A stretch of 27,582 nt of DNA, taken from the IMG/VR virus record IMGVR_UViG_2663763270_000002; one strand, 5' to 3'. The notes under the pieces are model-generated. The model was not told where the DNA came from. It saw only the letters and a list, made by a program, of their open reading frames with translations, and ran no database searches. Positions 23,393 through 27,582 of this stretch are shown one piece after another (position 1 is the first letter of the stretch; every line of letters begins with the position of its first letter). Made by a program: the position numbers and the translations under genes. The stretch is from an uncultured virus (IMG/VR IMGVR_UViG_2663763270_000002). Its lineage: Duplodnaviria > Heunggongvirae > Uroviricota > Caudoviricetes.

Positions 23393-24090
23393 GCTGCTTC
23401 GCTTTCGGGGGCGTGGGAGATGGGCCATCCGTGGCGGACGTCGTCGGATGGGAGGTTTTTGCGGCGGAGGTAGTCGATGAAGCTTGCGGTTTGCTCGCTG
23501 TGCCATCGGGTTTGGGCGGCCATGAGTTCGGGCGCGGTGAGGGTGGCGAGTTCGGGGTAGATGCGGGGCATTTTCCAGGCGAGGCGGGCTGCGGCGAGGG
23601 CATCCGCTTGGGCATCGTGTGCGTCATCCAATTGGATGCCGTAGTGGATGCATGTTGCGGACAGTTTCCGGGAGCCTGGCCGGTACCGGTCGACGTGTTT
23701 GTCGGCTATGTAGGCGTCGAAGATCGGCCCGCGGACCTCGAACCCCTGGTGGTGGGTGGCGAGGATGGTGAAGTCGAAGGACCCGTTGTAGCAGGCGACG
23801 ACTCGTCCTTCGGCCCAGCATGCGTACAGTTCGTCGACGATGTCGGCGATGACTTCCGGGTGTGGGCGCCCGTACTTTTCGGCGTACTCGGTGGTGTATC
23901 CGTGGATGTCGGTTGCGGCTTGCGGGATGGGGATTCCTGGGTTCGCGAGGAAGTTGCGGGCATGGACGTCGGGGCCGTCGATGCGTAGCACGGAGGCGGT
24001 CACAACCCGGTCGGTCGTGACCGACACTCCTGTGCTTTCCACGTCGAAGGCCGCGAGCGGCATGCCCAACCACAGGGTGGGCATGGTCAT
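23389..24090 (-). CDS. dnaQ: DnaQ-like DEDDh 3'-5' exonuclease
   Basis: AFDVESTG, IHG, YNGSFD and AHDAQAD. Confidence 0.9.
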   Translation of the reverse strand: MTMPTLWLGMPLAAFDVESTGVSVTTDRVVTASVLRIDGPDVHARNFLANPGIPIPQAATDIHGYTTEYAEKYGRPHPEVIADIVDELYACWAEGRVVACYNGSFDFTILATHHQGFEVRGPIFDAYIADKHVDRYRPGSRKLSATCIHYGIQLDDAHDAQADALAAARLAWKMPRIYPELATLTAPELMAAQTRWHSEQTASFIDYLRRKNLPSDDVRHGWPISHAPESEAA

Positions 24091-24290
24091 GTCTGCCGCC
24101 CCAGCGCTTCCAGGATGGTTTGGCCGGGCAGGACGTAGACGGCGCGGAATCCGTCGCGTCGGTTGGCTTCTCGGAGGGCCGCGAGTTCCTGGTCTCCGAA
24201 GTTCATGACTTCGTAGGCGTCGCCGCCTTCCCCTTCATGTTCGCCGGCTTGGGGGAAGACGAGCCAGGCGCCGTCCATCGGGAGGGTCAT
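24087..24290 (-). CDS. Hypothetical protein (67 aa)
   Basis: Fills the gap between RecT and the exonuclease; ATGA overlap. Confidence 0.7.
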   Translation of the reverse strand: MTLPMDGAWLVFPQAGEHEGEGGDAYEVMNFGDQELAALREANRRDGFRAVYVLPGQTILEALGRQT

Positions 24291-24293
24291 CGC

Positions 24294-25214
24294 CTACTCC
24301 CCCGTCTCGGGCGGGAACATGCCGCTGTCACCGGCGGGTGGCACGTCCTCGTAGTAGTCTGTCGGCGCGTCCTGCACTACATCGTCGTCGACATGTTCGG
24401 CGTCGATCACCTCCGATTCGATGTGGATCGGACGGTCGATCGCATCGGGCGTGAGATCAACACGCACGGCTTCGTCGTGCTCGATGGCGCGCGCGAACTC
24501 CGTGGACTTCGGCATCCACTTCGCCAGCTGCCGGACGCACGTCTTGTGCGCCATGCTCTCGAAGTTGTCCTTCCACGGCCCGTACTTGCCCTTGGACTTG
24601 GTGTGCTTCTCGCAGAACTCGACCATCTCGTCGTAGGTCATGACGAGGAACGCATGCCCGCCGGTGGTGAACTTCGCGATGGCGTAGAAGGCAATCGGCT
24701 CACCGCGGGGGCCCTTCATGACGGGCTTGTGGACGAGCGAGTCCGCGAGACCGTAGTCCACATCGAACGTGTCGTTCTCGTACACGGTGCGCGCGATCAA
24801 CGACGCGATCTTGCCGGAGCGGTGCGCCAGGTCGACGAGACCTTGATAGCCGATCACCAACTGCGCGCGATTGGCGCCTTTGCGGCTACGGCCGGAGGCG
24901 TCGGTCCATTCGAACTTGCTGTCCCAGAAGGGAAGCAGCCATGCGTGACCGAGCACGCCGGGTCGCAGTCCGAGCTGTGCGCAGCTCATCAGTGATCCGA
25001 GAACCGTGGCGGGGTCACATTCGGCGAGCTTCGGGGTCTGCCGCAAGCAGGTGAGCGCGTCCCGCACGAGCTGCGCCGCTTCGGCGCCGCGGGGCATGGC
25101 CATCTTGAACTGCTGCTCCATGTCGCGGATCTGCTGCTGGAGCGATGGCGGCTTGTTGTCTGCCTGTTCGATGTGAGTGTTCTGTTCGATGCGGTCGACG
25201 ATGTTGCGGGCCAT
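24294..25214 (-). CDS. recT: RecT single-strand annealing protein
   Basis: AQLGLRPG..LG.AWLLPF, QLVIGYQG..DLA.RSG, W..NFESMAHKT..RQLAKWMPKS. Confidence 0.95.
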   Translation of the reverse strand: MARNIVDRIEQNTHIEQADNKPPSLQQQIRDMEQQFKMAMPRGAEAAQLVRDALTCLRQTPKLAECDPATVLGSLMSCAQLGLRPGVLGHAWLLPFWDSKFEWTDASGRSRKGANRAQLVIGYQGLVDLAHRSGKIASLIARTVYENDTFDVDYGLADSLVHKPVMKGPRGEPIAFYAIAKFTTGGHAFLVMTYDEMVEFCEKHTKSKGKYGPWKDNFESMAHKTCVRQLAKWMPKSTEFARAIEHDEAVRVDLTPDAIDRPIHIESEVIDAEHVDDDVVQDAPTDYYEDVPPAGDSGMFPPETGE

Positions 25215-26203
25215 CAGGCCACCTCTTTCAGGTCAAGGGTTTTGGACTGGTACTTGCGGTAGACACCGGGGTGGTCGTTCCGTAGCGCGGAAGCGTCGAA
25301 CGCCTGTCGGGTCAAGTACTCGGCGTACAATTCCGGCTCGGCGTCCCGGAACTTCGCCTCACAGAAGCGGCCGTTCTTCAGCGCGACCCACGGCTCATCC
25401 CCGACCAGGAGGCGATCGTGGCCGTCCATCAGCGCGAGGATCTGGTTGCCAGCGGCCTTCTTCCGCTTCGCTGCAGTGCTCTCAGCTTCCTTGGCTGCCA
25501 AGTACTCGGCGTGAAGGCGGCTGATCTGTTGACGGGTTACGTGTAGGTCTCCGCCGACGTACGGGTGCATCCGGTCGACGGCCGCGCGGTCAGCGGATGT
25601 GCCCCTGATCGGCGGTTCCACATCAGCGACGACGTGATCGCGCCAGAACCGGTCGCAGGCGTCGACGCACAGTTCGATCAACCGGTCGTTCCGCTCGATC
25701 CGAACGATTTCCAGTCGGTTCCCGCCGATCAATCCGGCGGCATAGGCGTGGCGTGCGCCAGTCACGTACATGCCGTGGTGCAACTGGACCTCGGCATGGT
25801 CGGGGATCTGCCCATCCCACAGCGACTGCATGAACCAGGCGGTGTTTTTGCATTCGAGCAGTCCGCCGTCGGAAAATAGACCGTCCGGCGAGTAGAGCAT
25901 GTGTGGTCGTTCGATCGAAGCGAGCGTGCCGGGTGTTTCGACGGTGAGGCCGAGACGTTCACAGGCGACTTCCCGGATGACCGGTTCGAGTTTGCGGCCC
26001 CAGAACATGGCCTCGGTGTCGATGCCGGAGTCCGCTGGGGCGCGGCGGGTCTTGCGGAGCCAGATCGTGTATGGGGAGTCCCAGTCGACGAGCCCGAGCA
26101 GACCAGACACTTCGGAGGAGCCGATGCCGGCGAGACGGGCTTCGAGCCATTCAGGGCTGCCGTGCTCGGTGCGCGGGAGTTCGCGAAAGAGAGCGGGGTT
26201 CAT
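25214..26203 (-). CDS. YqaJ-like viral recombinase/exonuclease (RecE partner)
   Basis: WLEARLAGIGSSE, WGRKLEP, SPDG, LECK and QLHHGM; ATG at 26203. Confidence 0.92.
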   Translation of the reverse strand: MNPALFRELPRTEHGSPEWLEARLAGIGSSEVSGLLGLVDWDSPYTIWLRKTRRAPADSGIDTEAMFWGRKLEPVIREVACERLGLTVETPGTLASIERPHMLYSPDGLFSDGGLLECKNTAWFMQSLWDGQIPDHAEVQLHHGMYVTGARHAYAAGLIGGNRLEIVRIERNDRLIELCVDACDRFWRDHVVADVEPPIRGTSADRAAVDRMHPYVGGDLHVTRQQISRLHAEYLAAKEAESTAAKRKKAAGNQILALMDGHDRLLVGDEPWVALKNGRFCEAKFRDAEPELYAEYLTRQAFDASALRNDHPGVYRKYQSKTLDLKEVA

Positions 26204-26364
26204 GCGAGCCCGATCCAGGGGGTGTTGGTCCAGTCGAGGGCGAGGAGGATGAGTGTCCACAGCGCGGTCAGGCCGAGGATGCAGGCGGTGATCTTCGCGT
26301 GGTCGGTGATGCGGCGGAGTGCGCTCGCCTGTGGGGGTCGGGGGTTATGATTTGGTGTGGGCAT
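26200..26364 (-). CDS. Small membrane protein (54 aa), first gene of the leftward operon
   Basis: GAAAGGA RBS; ITACILGLTALWTLILLAL; stop overlaps the YqaJ ATG. Confidence 0.7.
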   Translation of the reverse strand: MPTPNHNPRPPQASALRRITDHAKITACILGLTALWTLILLALDWTNTPWIGLA

Positions 26365-26480
26365 GCCACGTCCTTTCGGTGAGTTGAGGCGTGGTGTGTC
26401 GGCCCGTCCTCATGCCAGTGGGGGCGGGCTTTCTCGTCGAGGGAGCATCCACGAGGTGCGCGTTGTTGAATGCAAACTTG

Positions 26481-26509
26481 AGTTTAGTGTCTACACTCGG
26501 AAATGACAA
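26481..26509 (-). promoter_or_regulatory. Early leftward promoter TTGTCA-N17-TAAACT with AGTGT-CT-ACACT inverted repeat in the spacer
   Basis: Read directly in the repressor-divergent region. Confidence 0.7.
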
Positions 26510-26707
26510 GTCTGGTGAGTGCTAGTCATGCAAACGGGCACACAATGCATCACACGCGGCCTATCAGCGGTTATGCTGAAACCGACTGTGTGAAGCACTA
26601 CACTGTCTAATCTGGAGTGTTTCGTTTTCGGCATCAACTCGATACCATCGAGAGGACCAAGGACCCTACCGGCAAGTAGGAGCCCCACGAGACCGAAAGG
26701 CCCCATC

Positions 26708-27133
26708 GTGACCAGACAGGCCGACACCAGGAGCACCCCCGTGGACACGCCCTGGTGGAGATACGTCGAAATGCTGATGAACACCCACGGCATCACTTCC
26801 TTCGCCGAATTCGCCCGGCGGATCGACGTCGCGGCCTCCACCCCGTCCGTGTGGCGCCGATCCAGCGATGCCAAACCCAACTACGACACAGTCAAACGCG
26901 TAGCCAATGAGTTCAACCGGCCCCTCTCCGAGGTCATGATCAACGCTGGACTCGCTACCCCCCAAGAGCTGGGCCAATCCCCCGAGAAACCGGAGCTGAC
27001 CCTCAGCAACGAACAGCTGTACGAGATACTCGGGCAACGTCTTGGTGTCACCCCCACGCCCGCGCCGGCCAAGCGTGACAGTGGAGAGCAGAACACGAAA
27101 GCGCGACGTCAAGCGAAAACCCGCAGCAAGTAA
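26708..27133 (+). CDS. XRE-family HTH immunity repressor-like protein
   Basis: SFAEFARRIDVAASTPSVWRR..PNYDTVKRVA..AG; divergent from the lytic operon. Confidence 0.85.
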   Translation: MTRQADTRSTPVDTPWWRYVEMLMNTHGITSFAEFARRIDVAASTPSVWRRSSDAKPNYDTVKRVANEFNRPLSEVMINAGLATPQELGQSPEKPELTLSNEQLYEILGQRLGVTPTPAPAKRDSGEQNTKARRQAKTRSK

Positions 27134-27144
27134 CCCCCCAAGAC

Positions 27145-27183
27145 ACAAAAAGTGGCGGGCACCCGTAAGGGTGCCCGCCACTT
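27145..27183. terminator. Terminator between convergent genes
   Basis: AAGTGGCGGGCACCC-GTAA-GGGTGCCCGCCACTT perfect 15-bp stem with an adjacent A tract. Confidence 0.85.
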
Positions 27184-27195
27184 GCGGTTTCAGTG

Positions 27196-27582
27196 CTATG
27201 CCGCGGAGTCGAAGCGGGTTACCGGCGGGAAGATCGGGCACAACACCGGCACCGTCACGATCGATTCCCACACCGGCCCGTACTCCCCCTCCGGGCAGGT
27301 CGCCCACTCGCCGGTCTTCGACGGGGGCCGCATCCACGCATCAATTGCCCGTGCCTCCAATGTCGCCAGGTCTTCGCTGGTGACGTGGCTGCCTCCACAC
27401 GGCCACACGTCGATGATCGCGGTGCGGCAGGAGACGGTGATTCGGCCGATGCGCTTCCATAGCTGGCCGCAGCTGTCGGGGACAAAGTTGACGGCACCGA
27501 CCGGGTCACGCATCACAAGGATGCCCAACTCGATGAGTGACGGGAGGATCCTTGCTGGGTCTGGTGGGGGCTGATCGAGCAT
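27196..27582 (-). CDS. Hypothetical protein, may start beyond the window
   Basis: Open frame to the window edge; ends just before the terminator. Confidence 0.55.
   Translation of the reverse strand: MLDQPPPDPARILPSLIELGILVMRDPVGAVNFVPDSCGQLWKRIGRITVSCRTAIIDVWPCGGSHVTSEDLATLEARAIDAWMRPPSKTGEWATCPEGEYGPVWESIVTVPVLCPIFPPVTRFDSAA

Larger units (their letters stand above)
1..27582. mobile_element. Temperate actinobacteriophage/prophage early and replication region (extends beyond both window ends)
   Basis: Dense small genes with 4-nt ATGA/GTGA overlaps; repressor, YqaJ/RecT, initiator, Dam/C5 MTases, HNH, DUF3310, WhiB-like and RusA genes. Confidence 0.93.

Overview
The whole window looks like the early/middle (non-structural) arm of a temperate phage or prophage of a high-GC actinobacterium. 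The host group is inferred from the WhiB-like gene, the GC content and the promoter types. From right to left it holds an XRE-type repressor (+) divergent from a long leftward operon. That operon encodes a YqaJ nuclease, RecT, a DnaQ-like exonuclease, three paralogous HTH proteins, a replication initiator with internal palindromic iterons, two helicase-loader-like genes, Dam and C5 DNA methyltransferases, a HEPN-like protein, DUF3310 and an HNH endonuclease. Next is a rightward island (7.1-11.4 kb) with an RHH regulator, small cassette-like genes and a HAD phosphatase. A second leftward block carries an RNase HI-like gene, a WhiB-like gene, three paralogous Cys/His proteins, RusA and a SPOUT RNA methyltransferase. 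I saw no integrase, virion genes, tRNA or CRISPR array. The most notable signals are a four-hairpin leader with repeated UAGGAGG loops before the initiator, a cassette array with repeated junctions, and a RING-like paralog triplet. Others are a shared 14-bp operator-like motif, PafBC-type promoters, hidden gene relics (SLOG, C5 methyltransferase, HNH) and several RNA-modifying or RNA-conflict enzymes. All family calls come from motif recognition by eye; no database search was run.
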